Positions 37,921-45,678 of a DNA stretch of 45,678 bases are shown piece after piece; positions within the stretch are counted from its first letter, which is position 1; every line of letters begins with the position of its first letter. Source of the DNA: Candidatus Parcubacteria bacterium (GTDB lineage Bacteria; Patescibacteriota; Minisyncoccia; Phycocordibacterales; UBA918); contig JBJOPW010000008.1 in NCBI GenBank assembly GCA_046050355.1, forward strand, positions 1 through 45,678. Direction: 5' to 3'. The position numbers and the translations under genes were made by a program. Below the pieces are notes generated by a model. The model saw nothing but the letters and a program-made list of their open reading frames with translations, did not search any database and was not told the origin of the DNA.

Positions 37921-38661
37921 TTAGTAATACCGCGGCGTTCCCTCTTTCTCGAGTTCAATTTCAATATCATCAAAGCGCCCATGCTGCTTCACGAGGACAT
38001 TCCCCTGCTTGACGAGTTCTAGAATCGCCAAAAAGCCCACAATCACCGTCTTGTGTTCAGTGGCTTCTTTGCGAATGTCTGAAAACTTGGCCCGGAGCTG
38101 CGTTTCGATGCGACGTTTGAGACTATCCATCATTTGCTCAAGACTGATTGACGCTTTGACCTGTACCTTTGGCTTCACTTCCTTTTTGGGGAGGTTCTGC
38201 AACACACTCCACATCGCTTCGTGGAGCTGGGGGATGGTGCACCAACTATCGGTGATAAAGAGCGGATTTTTGGGCGCCACAAACCGTCGGCTGTACATGA
38301 TCTGTTTGCCAAACTGTGTGGCGAGTACCTGCCCTGCATCACGGTAGATCTGGTATTGCCGGAGACGCTCTTCGAGATCATCGATGGTCGCCTCTTCTTC
38401 TTTGGTGAGTTCAAGGACTGGAAGGAGTGACTTTGATTTGATGAGGAGGAGGGTGGCCGCCAGCCCGATGAACTGAGCGGTATTGGGGAGCGATTTCTCC
38501 TGCATCTCGCTAACACGACGAATATACTCGTCGGTTACTTCCGCGAGTGATATATCATTGATGAGGAGTTTCCGTTTTTCACACAGCTCAATGAGGAGTT
38601 CGAGTGGTCCCTCGAACACGTGTGTCTTGATAGAAAAATCGAGTGTACCACCAATTGCCAT
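37921..38661 (-). CDS. scpA: Segregation/condensation protein A (kleisin)
   Basis: FEGPLELL, AATLLLIKSKSLLP, FLAILEL.K. Confidence 0.95.
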   Translation of the reverse strand: MAIGGTLDFSIKTHVFEGPLELLIELCEKRKLLINDISLAEVTDEYIRRVSEMQEKSLPNTAQFIGLAATLLLIKSKSLLPVLELTKEEEATIDDLEERLRQYQIYRDAGQVLATQFGKQIMYSRRFVAPKNPLFITDSWCTIPQLHEAMWSVLQNLPKKEVKPKVQVKASISLEQMMDSLKRRIETQLRAKFSDIRKEATEHKTVIVGFLAILELVKQGNVLVKQHGRFDDIEIELEKEGTPRYY

Positions 38662-38686
38662 AGCATTAGTCTAGCACACACAATAA

Positions 38687-39322
38687 CTATTTTTCAGGAT
38701 GATAGTTTTTATTTCTTTCGTACAAAATATCATCGAAGCGTTTAATTATTGGAAACTCTGATACAAACGGATGTCGATGTGCCCGATACTCATCCGCAGT
38801 CCAGCCAAGATTGAAATACTTCGTGTAATCTTTCTCTTTTTTAGATAAAAAACTGAGATGGAAATTTGGTTCAATTTTATCCAAAGCCTTTACAAATTTT
38901 GATTCTACGCTTTCTCGCTTATCAAATTCAGCATATATCTCCACCAACATCGCAGTCATATGACTAGGGCTATTTTTCACAATATTAGCCTCGGCTATTT
39001 TTTCGTTTTCTTCGTGTTCTTTAGTTTTGGTTCGGGTGGTCATGTCCCCTACAAAAGCTTCAGCCATATCATGCCAGGTAGCCATGTGACGAATTTTATC
39101 CAAATCCATGTTCCCTTTATCTACCAACGGGAAAAAATAATCAATCAAGACATGCAATGCATAGACGTGTTCAGCTACTGACTCAGTCTCGTCCTCCTGA
39201 GTACGCTTATGAGCCCAGCGGATTGTGTGTTTGAGTTGGTAATACGAAACGAGCGTGTCAATTTCATTTTGAACAAAAGCATTATCAGTAAGTATCTTGT
39301 TTTTAATTTCTTCTATTGTCAT
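38687..39322 (-). CDS. HD-domain phosphohydrolase (YfbR-like)
   Basis: LK...R, ESVAEH, HDMAEAFVGD, KALDK; AT-rich. Confidence 0.88.
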   Translation of the reverse strand: MTIEEIKNKILTDNAFVQNEIDTLVSYYQLKHTIRWAHKRTQEDETESVAEHVYALHVLIDYFFPLVDKGNMDLDKIRHMATWHDMAEAFVGDMTTRTKTKEHEENEKIAEANIVKNSPSHMTAMLVEIYAEFDKRESVESKFVKALDKIEPNFHLSFLSKKEKDYTKYFNLGWTADEYRAHRHPFVSEFPIIKRFDDILYERNKNYHPEK

Positions 39323-39324
39323 AA

Positions 39325-40554
39325 CTAGATAGTGAACTGCCCGTTTTTGTAGATGACTTTCGTCTTTCCATTCTCCAGTGTCGCGGTAACTGTCCGGTCA
39401 GTGGTTGAGACAATGTCGTGATGCACGACTGAGTCATTATAGCCAAGCTTGTCCCAGTCCTTGTCTGATTTTGGGGCGACACCGAGAAGACATTCGCGAT
39501 AGGCCGAACCAAGTGCCACGTGCGTGTTGCCGTACTTGCCACCGACGTTTTCATCGTAGAGCGTATCAGCCATGAACTTGGTGATACGGGAAATCCGCGC
39601 ATCAGTAAGTGATACTTCTCCGAGTCGGTTGCCACCTTTGGTTTCGATGATTTGCTTAAGGAGATTTTGATTCTTTTTAGCACTGTACTGTACTACTTCC
39701 CCGTTTTTGAAATGGAGTTCAATCCCTTCAACCATTGATCCAAAGACATATAAAGGTTGATTAAAGCGAATCCAACCATCGACCTCGCGCCAGTTCGGTG
39801 AGGTGAAGATTTCAAATGATGGGATGTTATTCCCGCCACCAGCGAGCCACTGACGATTGGCGCCAATACTGACACGCAAGTCCACATCCTTCCCGAGCAT
39901 ATGGATAGACTTGATAGCCAGCTTCGTGAGCTTCGCGGCAGTACTTTGTACAGTCTTATTGATACGGAACCATTCTTTGGTTGGATTCTTTTCATCAAGA
40001 TAACAGGCTTTGATAATTTGTTGCCAGTACTGTTTTAAGGTTAGCCCAGCTTCTTTAGCCATGGCATCGGTGCCATAGAGTGCGAGAGTCCAATTGAGTT
40101 TGCCTGATTCTATCTTATTCCACTTGTAGTCGATGTTTTTCTTTTGGGCACGACGTTGTTCGAGAAGATATTCGGCCGGGATGCCTTTGAGGGCATGCGG
40201 CATGGTGTCCGCAAAGATGCGAATGACACAATCAATCTGATCTACCTGACCTTTCTTGTATGTATCCGGGGCAAAGGTGCGTTGGGTCGGTGTTGCGGTC
40301 TTAAAAAACATAGCATCAAAATTGTACGTTTCGTCATTACTCGGCAGATATTCACCAAGTGGGTGGTAGCCATGCTCGAGAATCGATTTCTGCAAGTGGT
40401 AGTACAGTGGTCGTGCGGCTTCGGGCACAATGAAGTGCACCACGGCACCTGCCTTTGGCTTTGAGCCATCACGGTTCTGGAGGCCAAATTCAACAATCAA
40501 ATTGGCGTACTTTTCAAGCATGGCCGCTGGCGGGGTGTAGGTTGGTGTGGTCAT
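39325..40554 (-). CDS. Aminopeptidase, M29 (AmpS/PepS) family
   Basis: NIPSFEIFTSP, LGEVSL, LYDEN, HVALGSAY, NDSVVHHD. Confidence 0.92.
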   Translation of the reverse strand: MTTPTYTPPAAMLEKYANLIVEFGLQNRDGSKPKAGAVVHFIVPEAARPLYYHLQKSILEHGYHPLGEYLPSNDETYNFDAMFFKTATPTQRTFAPDTYKKGQVDQIDCVIRIFADTMPHALKGIPAEYLLEQRRAQKKNIDYKWNKIESGKLNWTLALYGTDAMAKEAGLTLKQYWQQIIKACYLDEKNPTKEWFRINKTVQSTAAKLTKLAIKSIHMLGKDVDLRVSIGANRQWLAGGGNNIPSFEIFTSPNWREVDGWIRFNQPLYVFGSMVEGIELHFKNGEVVQYSAKKNQNLLKQIIETKGGNRLGEVSLTDARISRITKFMADTLYDENVGGKYGNTHVALGSAYRECLLGVAPKSDKDWDKLGYNDSVVHHDIVSTTDRTVTATLENGKTKVIYKNGQFTI

Positions 40555-40638
40555 ATTGAGTTCAAGTATAACAGAGATTTTGTTTGACTATTATAGAGTT
40601 CGTTGTAAAGTAGTACAAAGCTCTTGAGGAGGAGGAGT

Positions 40639-41040
40639 ATGCTTATTCGCACTGTTCCTACACAATATGTGTGCGTACATGTACGCGAGCGTGTTGAGTC
40701 TTTGGTACCCATGTTTGTTTCTTTTGATCTCAATTTGAGTCAAAGTAAACGAGTTCCACTCTATTTTCTTCTTGATTGGTGGAATCAGTATCAGACTTAT
40801 ATCGCGCGCCAAGTACTACCGGACAAAGATAAGAATGGTAAAGATACTTACCGGTTCGTTTCCCCATTGTACAATGTGTCGATGCGGCGCTTGATCAAAC
40901 GTCGGTTGCGAGAGATCTATGGGGTTAGGCACGTGGCCTATATCCAAAATCAAGCTAGTGACAAGGAGATGCTGATACAACTGGGTGGTCATATGCTGCC
41001 CCCACCTATCTTACTGCTCACAGGAAACCGCTCCGTGTGA
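40639..41040 (+). CDS. Hypothetical protein (orphan)
   Basis: GAGGAGGAGGAG before ATG; TTGACT upstream; terminator 41024-41053. Confidence 0.6.
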   Translation: MLIRTVPTQYVCVHVRERVESLVPMFVSFDLNLSQSKRVPLYFLLDWWNQYQTYIARQVLPDKDKNGKDTYRFVSPLYNVSMRRLIKRRLREIYGVRHVAYIQNQASDKEMLIQLGGHMLPPPILLLTGNRSV

Positions 41041-41082
41041 GCGGTTTCTTTTTGGCAGCTAATTTAACTATGGTGATGGAGT

Positions 41083-41118
41083 AAACAAAATACTTCATTT
41101 AAATGAAGTATTTTGTTT
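41083..41118. terminator. Perfect 36-bp palindrome after aspS
   Basis: AAACAAAATACTTCATTT|AAATGAAGTATTTTGTTT. Confidence 0.7.
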
Positions 41119-41135
41119 CAATCAGTTGATTGATT

Positions 41136-42497
41136 CTAGATATCAGCTTCGTCACTCTGGTTAGTACTCGTAAACACGTCGATACGGTTGATGTCTCGTG
41201 GGAAGAGGGTGGCTTCCTTCACGTTATCTAGTCCACAGAACTTCTGGGTGAGACGTTCGAGTCCCATCCCCCACCCTCCGTGTGGCGGAATACCAAAGCG
41301 GAAGGCTTGGAGATAGAAGTGGAACTTGTCAGGATCAAGTCCTTTCATCTTGATACGCTCAATGAGGTTCTCGTAGTTGTGGACACGCTGCCCACCGGTC
41401 GTGATCTCTACCCCTCGGAAGAGGAGGTCAAAACTCTTTGTAAAGCCAAGGTCAGCCTCGTCTTCGTACGTATAGAACGGACGTTTTGAAACTGGGTAGT
41501 GCGTGATAAAGATGTAATCACTGCCGAGCTCCTTGTTCGCGTATTCACAGAGCCACCGTTCATCTTCTGGCTCTAGGTCTGGTTCTATGGTCTTATCAAC
41601 CCCGGTCTTCTCTTTGATGAGTGCCTGCGCTTCACGAAGCTTCATAAATGGGAAGGTGTCTCCTTCGACTGGTACCTTCGGCAGTTCAATACCGAGGGTC
41701 GTGAATTCGGGTGTGCAGGTTGCTTCGAGGTGAGCCCGGAGGTGACGCATGAGGCCGGTAAGAATCTTCATGAGATCGTGGTGGTCTTCGATAAAGCCGA
41801 CCTCGGCATCGAGTGAAGTGTATTCACTGAGGTGACGAGTAGTAGCACTCTTTTCAGCGCGGAAAGCGGTAGCAAAAGTAAAGACTCGCTCGAGTGAGCC
41901 AACGAGAATCTGCTTGTAGAACTGCGGACTTGAGGCCAGATAGGCTGTGGTCTCACGGAAGTACGGCACCTTAAAGACCGCGGCTCCCCCTTCAGCATCG
42001 CCCCCGACGAGCTTTGGCGCTTGGAACTCAGTAAAGCCCTGACTACGGAGAAACTCAGCGTAACCACGAGTGATTTCACTCTGAATCTTAAAGATGGCGC
42101 GGTCGCGCTTACTCTTGAGGGTGAGCGGACGGTTATCAAGGCGGACTTCGATACCATACTCGCTATCAAGCTCGAGCGGTAGTGACTCGGCCTTGTTGAG
42201 GATAGTGATGTTGGTGATCTCAAGTTCGATATCACCGTTTTGTACTTTCTCGTTCACCATCTTTTCAGGTCGCTTATTCACGATACCCGTGATGGCAACG
42301 GCTGATTCGTTCCCGGCCTCTTTCGCGACTTCGAGTACCTCAGGCTTCCCAAAGACGACACCTTGGACTATGCCACTGCGGTCACGAAAATCAAAGAAAG
42401 CCATCTTCCCCTGGTCGCGACGGACGTCGACAATCGCTTTGATAATAACCGTCTCACCGATGTGAGTATTGAGTTCGTTGATTAATGTTCGAGTCAT
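41136..42497 (-). CDS. aspS: Aspartate--tRNA(Asp/Asn) ligase, short archaeal-type, probably non-discriminating
   Basis: OB fold, AEGGAAVF, SPQFYKQ, FRAEKS.T.RHLSEY, GGQR, PPHGG.G.GLERL; no GAD insert. Confidence 0.92.
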   Translation of the reverse strand: MTRTLINELNTHIGETVIIKAIVDVRRDQGKMAFFDFRDRSGIVQGVVFGKPEVLEVAKEAGNESAVAITGIVNKRPEKMVNEKVQNGDIELEITNITILNKAESLPLELDSEYGIEVRLDNRPLTLKSKRDRAIFKIQSEITRGYAEFLRSQGFTEFQAPKLVGGDAEGGAAVFKVPYFRETTAYLASSPQFYKQILVGSLERVFTFATAFRAEKSATTRHLSEYTSLDAEVGFIEDHHDLMKILTGLMRHLRAHLEATCTPEFTTLGIELPKVPVEGDTFPFMKLREAQALIKEKTGVDKTIEPDLEPEDERWLCEYANKELGSDYIFITHYPVSKRPFYTYEDEADLGFTKSFDLLFRGVEITTGGQRVHNYENLIERIKMKGLDPDKFHFYLQAFRFGIPPHGGWGMGLERLTQKFCGLDNVKEATLFPRDINRIDVFTSTNQSDEADI

Positions 42498-42519
42498 ATA
42501 GTTTTTGAGTTACGGAGAA

Positions 42520-42670
42520 ACGAAAAATCGTCCCTCCACAAATATTAGTTACTTAATACTTGTGCAGGGGCGATTACAATAGTGAGTATTGCGTATTCGC
42601 GGTGCCACCCTACTTTGGTCTCTTTCTTCCCTCTTCTACCTCGGCGGTTGTCAGCCGCGTCATTGGTTCA
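42520..42670 (-). promoter_or_regulatory. T-box riboswitch (Asp) with ultrashort Stem I
   Basis: AAAGTAGGGTGGCACCGCG (42616-42598), antiterminator partner CGCCCCT, terminator plus T-run, GCGG-CTGACAA-CCGC loop. Confidence 0.88.
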
Positions 42671-42698
42671 TTTCATTCTGCCAGACCTGGCCAAAATG

Positions 42699-42977
42699 TC
42701 AATTTCTCACCGGAGCCACTACAATAACTTGTCTGTCTTCATCAAAACTTATCTTTACCCCCGGTTGGGCAAAATCATCCTGCAATTCGCTAAACACGTT
42801 TGGGGTCATCTGGGTGTCTTCGGTAAAGCTAATGATTTTTGTGTTATTTTCAGTTTCGGCTTCACAATCATAGCTCAGCCCGCCAAGGAAAAACGCAATC
42901 TTGGCAGCTGTATCAGCCACTACCTTTGGCACCCCTTCTTCTTCGTATTGGTTAAACTGCGAATCTGGTCCTTTCAT
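42699..42977 (-). CDS. Small acidic hypothetical protein
   Basis: ATG 1 nt after trpS stop; 92 aa. Confidence 0.55.
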   Translation of the reverse strand: MKGPDSQFNQYEEEGVPKVVADTAAKIAFFLGGLSYDCEAETENNTKIISFTEDTQMTPNVFSELQDDFAQPGVKISFDEDRQVIVVAPVRN

Positions 42978-42978
42978 G

Positions 42979-43920
42979 CTAGAGACTAATACCAATCGCC
43001 TTTCGAACACGTTCCAGCACTGGCCCTGATATCTCTTTGGCGCGGGTGACCCCATCAGCGAGGACTGCTCGCACATCAGCGTCAGTGATTTGGTTGCGGC
43101 GTTTACGCATTGGGGCGAGGTGCGTATCTATATCTTCGACCAGCGCGTCCTTGAGGTTCTTATACTTACCTTGATTGGCTTCGTAGAGAGGTGCGAGCTC
43201 TGCTTCGGTCTTGAAGAGTTTGTGAATGGCGTACACGTGTTCTGGTCGCTCGCCACTACTATCGGTCACAATACTCATGACGGCTTTCTGAAGCTCTTCC
43301 CGACTACCAAACAGTGGAATGGTGTTCTTGTAGCTCTTTGACATCTTGGTGCCATCGGTACCAGGTACAATCCCTACCGCATCGAGAATCAGTGTCTCTG
43401 GTTCTTTGAGGATTTCGGTGCTGTATGACTGATTCACCTTTCGTACCGCCTCACGAGTGTATTCGAGGTGCTGGCGTTGATCCTCCCCGACTGGTACGAC
43501 ATCAGTATCATAAAGGGTGATATCCGCTGCCTGGAGCATCGGATAGGTGAAGAGGCCGGCGTTTGGTTCAATCCCCTTCGCCACCTTATCCTTGTACGCG
43601 TGTCCTTGCATGAGGAACGGTACCGTCACCATACAATCAAACACCCACCCGAGTTCCATATGGTCTTGGTTGTCTGACTGACGGAAGATAACCGCCTTCT
43701 TCGGATCCACACCGGCAGCCAGGTAGTCCCGTACGACATTGTAGATATTCTGGCGCATGACCTCTGGCTCACGCACTGAGGTAAGCGCGTGGTAGTCCGC
43801 TACCATGAGGAAGCTTTCATAGTCTTCGTACATATCGACAAAGGGTTTCAATGCACCGAAGTAGTTGCCAATGTGTAAGTCTCCCGAAGACTGTAGTCCG
43901 GTCAAAAGTCGCTTTTTCAT
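42979..43920 (-). CDS. trpS: Tryptophan--tRNA ligase
   Basis: HIGNY, ADYHALT, YPMLQAADI, VPVGEDQ, KMSKS. Confidence 0.97.
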   Translation of the reverse strand: MKKRLLTGLQSSGDLHIGNYFGALKPFVDMYEDYESFLMVADYHALTSVREPEVMRQNIYNVVRDYLAAGVDPKKAVIFRQSDNQDHMELGWVFDCMVTVPFLMQGHAYKDKVAKGIEPNAGLFTYPMLQAADITLYDTDVVPVGEDQRQHLEYTREAVRKVNQSYSTEILKEPETLILDAVGIVPGTDGTKMSKSYKNTIPLFGSREELQKAVMSIVTDSSGERPEHVYAIHKLFKTEAELAPLYEANQGKYKNLKDALVEDIDTHLAPMRKRRNQITDADVRAVLADGVTRAKEISGPVLERVRKAIGISL

Positions 43921-43979
43921 ATAAGTATAGTAGCAGAATTAAGTCTCGCTGCCAAAGCTAGATTTAAATCAATTAACCA

Positions 43980-44965
43980 CTAGTGTTTCAGTATTTTTAA
44001 ACTAATGCTGTCGACAGTTGCATGTAACTCAACCTCGCCACCAATAGGAAAAGTGAATATTGGATCAGTATGTCCAAAATCTAGATTGGTCACCACTGGA
44101 ATTGATTTGATATGTTTTTTTGCTTGTAGGGATTTCTTCAGCAGATTTCCATCTACTTCACTTTTATTTTGGAACCTTCCAATGATAATAGCTTTTACAG
44201 AATCAAAATCTGGCATATGTGTCAGAGATTCCAAATCACGATCAAAATGACCTAGTGCTGATTCGCTGTCGTCTTCAAGAAAAAGAATCGAATCCTTTAT
44301 ATTAGGAAAATATTCAGTGCCTTGTAATAAATTAAAAGTCGAAAGATTACCACCAAGACAGACACCCTTTGCATATCCTTCATTGACCACTTCCCAACCG
44401 CTATTTTTTTGTAAAATGCGACTCGTTTGATCTTTTAACCACCAGTCATCACTCCAATTATCACTTGGTAATATGTCGATACTATCATCAGCAAAAATAC
44501 ATCTTTTAAAATACTCCATTGTGTACTCAAAATAGAGTTCTTGTCCGAAGCGAGAAAATGACGGTCCAGAATACGTAACCAGTCCAGTTTTTGTAAAAAT
44601 GGCGTTACTTAAAGCAGTTGTATCTGAAAATCCAATGAGAACCTTAGGATTTTTTTTATGATATCCCAATCGAGATATGGCAAAAGTTGATTGCAGTTGT
44701 AACCACCAAAAGCAGTGAAAACGCCACGAATATCAGGATTTGAAAAAGCTTCATGAAGGTCAGCTACTCTTGAGGTAATGCTCGATGAGTCGAGTTCATC
44801 AATTTCTCTAACATTCTTTGCATACGTCACTTCAAGTCCAAGTTCAGCAAATCTTTCCAGTGCCTTCTGGTGTACCGAATCAGAAATATTGGCAAGAGAA
44901 TCAGACGGTGCAACGACCATTATTCTGTCGCCCCGCTTTAACTTATTAGGAAAAATACTAAGCAT
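43980..44965 (-). pseudogene. S66 peptidase (LD-carboxypeptidase/MccF-like), frameshifted at an A8 run
   Basis: N-part VVAPS, GGY; C-part NPK.LIGFSDTT, GGNL, FLED, FGHTDP; one extra A at 44650-44657 fuses the two ORFs. Confidence 0.85.
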
Positions 44966-45001
44966 GTAACAACAATAGCACCTTATGACTGTTAATTAAA
45001 T

Positions 45002-45028
45002 ACCGCCGGGAGTGGTGCTCCCGGCGGT
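45002..45028 (-). terminator. Intrinsic terminator
   Basis: ACCGCCGGGAG-TGGTG-CTCCCGGCGGT. Confidence 0.75.
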
Positions 45029-45046
45029 GCCGATCTTGGCTTGGTG

Positions 45047-45571
45047 TCAGATAAGGACGTGGCAGGCCTCGACACGGACGCCGTTCTCGTCGACGCTTTC
45101 GACGTAGAACAGGCAGTACTTGCCGGCCCTCGACATCGCGGCGTAGACATGACCTGCGAGCAAGGCAACAGACGTCTTCTGATCGAGGCAGGCGTCGCTG
45201 ACGATCCGAGCGAGTGCGGCCTCGTCTTTCCGCGAGCGAAGGCCATAGAACCGTTCGGCCGAGATGTTCGCCGGTGCGACCCAGGTCTCGTCGAGCAGGC
45301 TCGCCTTGCTGCTGTCGAGCAGGTCCACGGCGGCCGTCGCCTGGATCGACAGGATCTCCGCGTTCGCGAACGAGAAGAGAAGGTTGCATTCCTGCGGGTA
45401 CTCGCTCGCGAAGGCGCGCGTCCGCTGTTTGTTCGACTTGCACTTCATGAAGACGTAAAGCGGTTCCTTCGGCGTGAAGACGGCGGCGTAGCCGTAGAAT
45501 TCACCCCGGACGGCCGGAATGACAGCGTCGCTGGTGGTCGGCAAGCCTTTCGTATCAACCTTTGGGAGCAA
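45047..45571 (-). CDS. GC-rich hypothetical protein, probably 5'-truncated by the IS
   Basis: 174-aa ORF with GC3-rich codons and its own terminator; 5' end (TTG) abuts the IS end. Confidence 0.55.
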   Translation of the reverse strand: MLPKVDTKGLPTTSDAVIPAVRGEFYGYAAVFTPKEPLYVFMKCKSNKQRTRAFASEYPQECNLLFSFANAEILSIQATAAVDLLDSSKASLLDETWVAPANISAERFYGLRSRKDEAALARIVSDACLDQKTSVALLAGHVYAAMSRAGKYCLFYVESVDENGVRVEACHVLI

Positions 45572-45678
45572 ACCCCTCGCCTTCAGGCGATTCTTTTAAG
45601 GTGGTACACTACACTCCATGCAACTCTACCGCAAGACCAGCCATACCGTCTTTGATTGCAAATACCACCTCGTCTGGA
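45569..45678 (+). mobile_element. IS200/IS605 family element, left end
   Basis: AAACCCC-TCGCC-TTCA-GGCGA subterminal hairpin followed by tnpA. Confidence 0.8.
45618..45678 (+). CDS. tnpA: IS200/IS605 Y1 transposase, partial
   Basis: MQLYRKTSHTVFDCKYHLVW matches the TnpA N-terminal SH.V....YH.VW pattern. Confidence 0.88.
   Translation, partial: MQLYRKTSHTVFDCKYHLVW

Noticed and set aside
1-45678. CRISPR array, tRNA or rRNA genes
   Set aside because: No regularly spaced repeats, cloverleaf/T-loop or rRNA signatures seen by eye
1-45678. Alternative genetic code (TGA=Gly)
   Set aside because: Core genes are intact under code 11 and several end at TGA

Overview
Bacterial chromosomal segment in the standard code (TGA = stop). 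Gene content and style suggest Patescibacteria/CPR, Parcubacteria-like (inference): compact housekeeping set, archaeal-type non-discriminating AspRS, and a -10 box about 7-10 nt before most core ATGs with no SD. Core genes: yjjX (partial), truB, rmuC, rplU, recR, dnaB, cysS, ctpA, rplI, rpmA, ung, a Xer recombinase, gltX, murG-ftsW-mraY-dac, scpB/scpA, aspS, trpS. An IS200/IS605 tnpA begins at the right edge. Gene orientation converges near 26.9 kb, where a near-symmetric 11-6-11 dif-like site sits just upstream of the only xer gene in the window, suggesting the replication terminus. The most unusual content is non-coding: (1) a ~420-nt promoter/terminator-bounded, highly structured RNA with a 36-aa sORF between scpA and scpB; (2) a T-box riboswitch with an ultrashort Stem I and GAC (Asp) specifier before aspS; (3) a structured leaderless uORF plus terminator before an MFS transporter; (4) further small structured RNA candidates, a MITE and REP-like hairpins; (5) self-contained SD-led orphan gene units among SD-less core genes. 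Three single-base frameshifts may be real or assembly errors. All calls are by eye; no database search or folding program was run.
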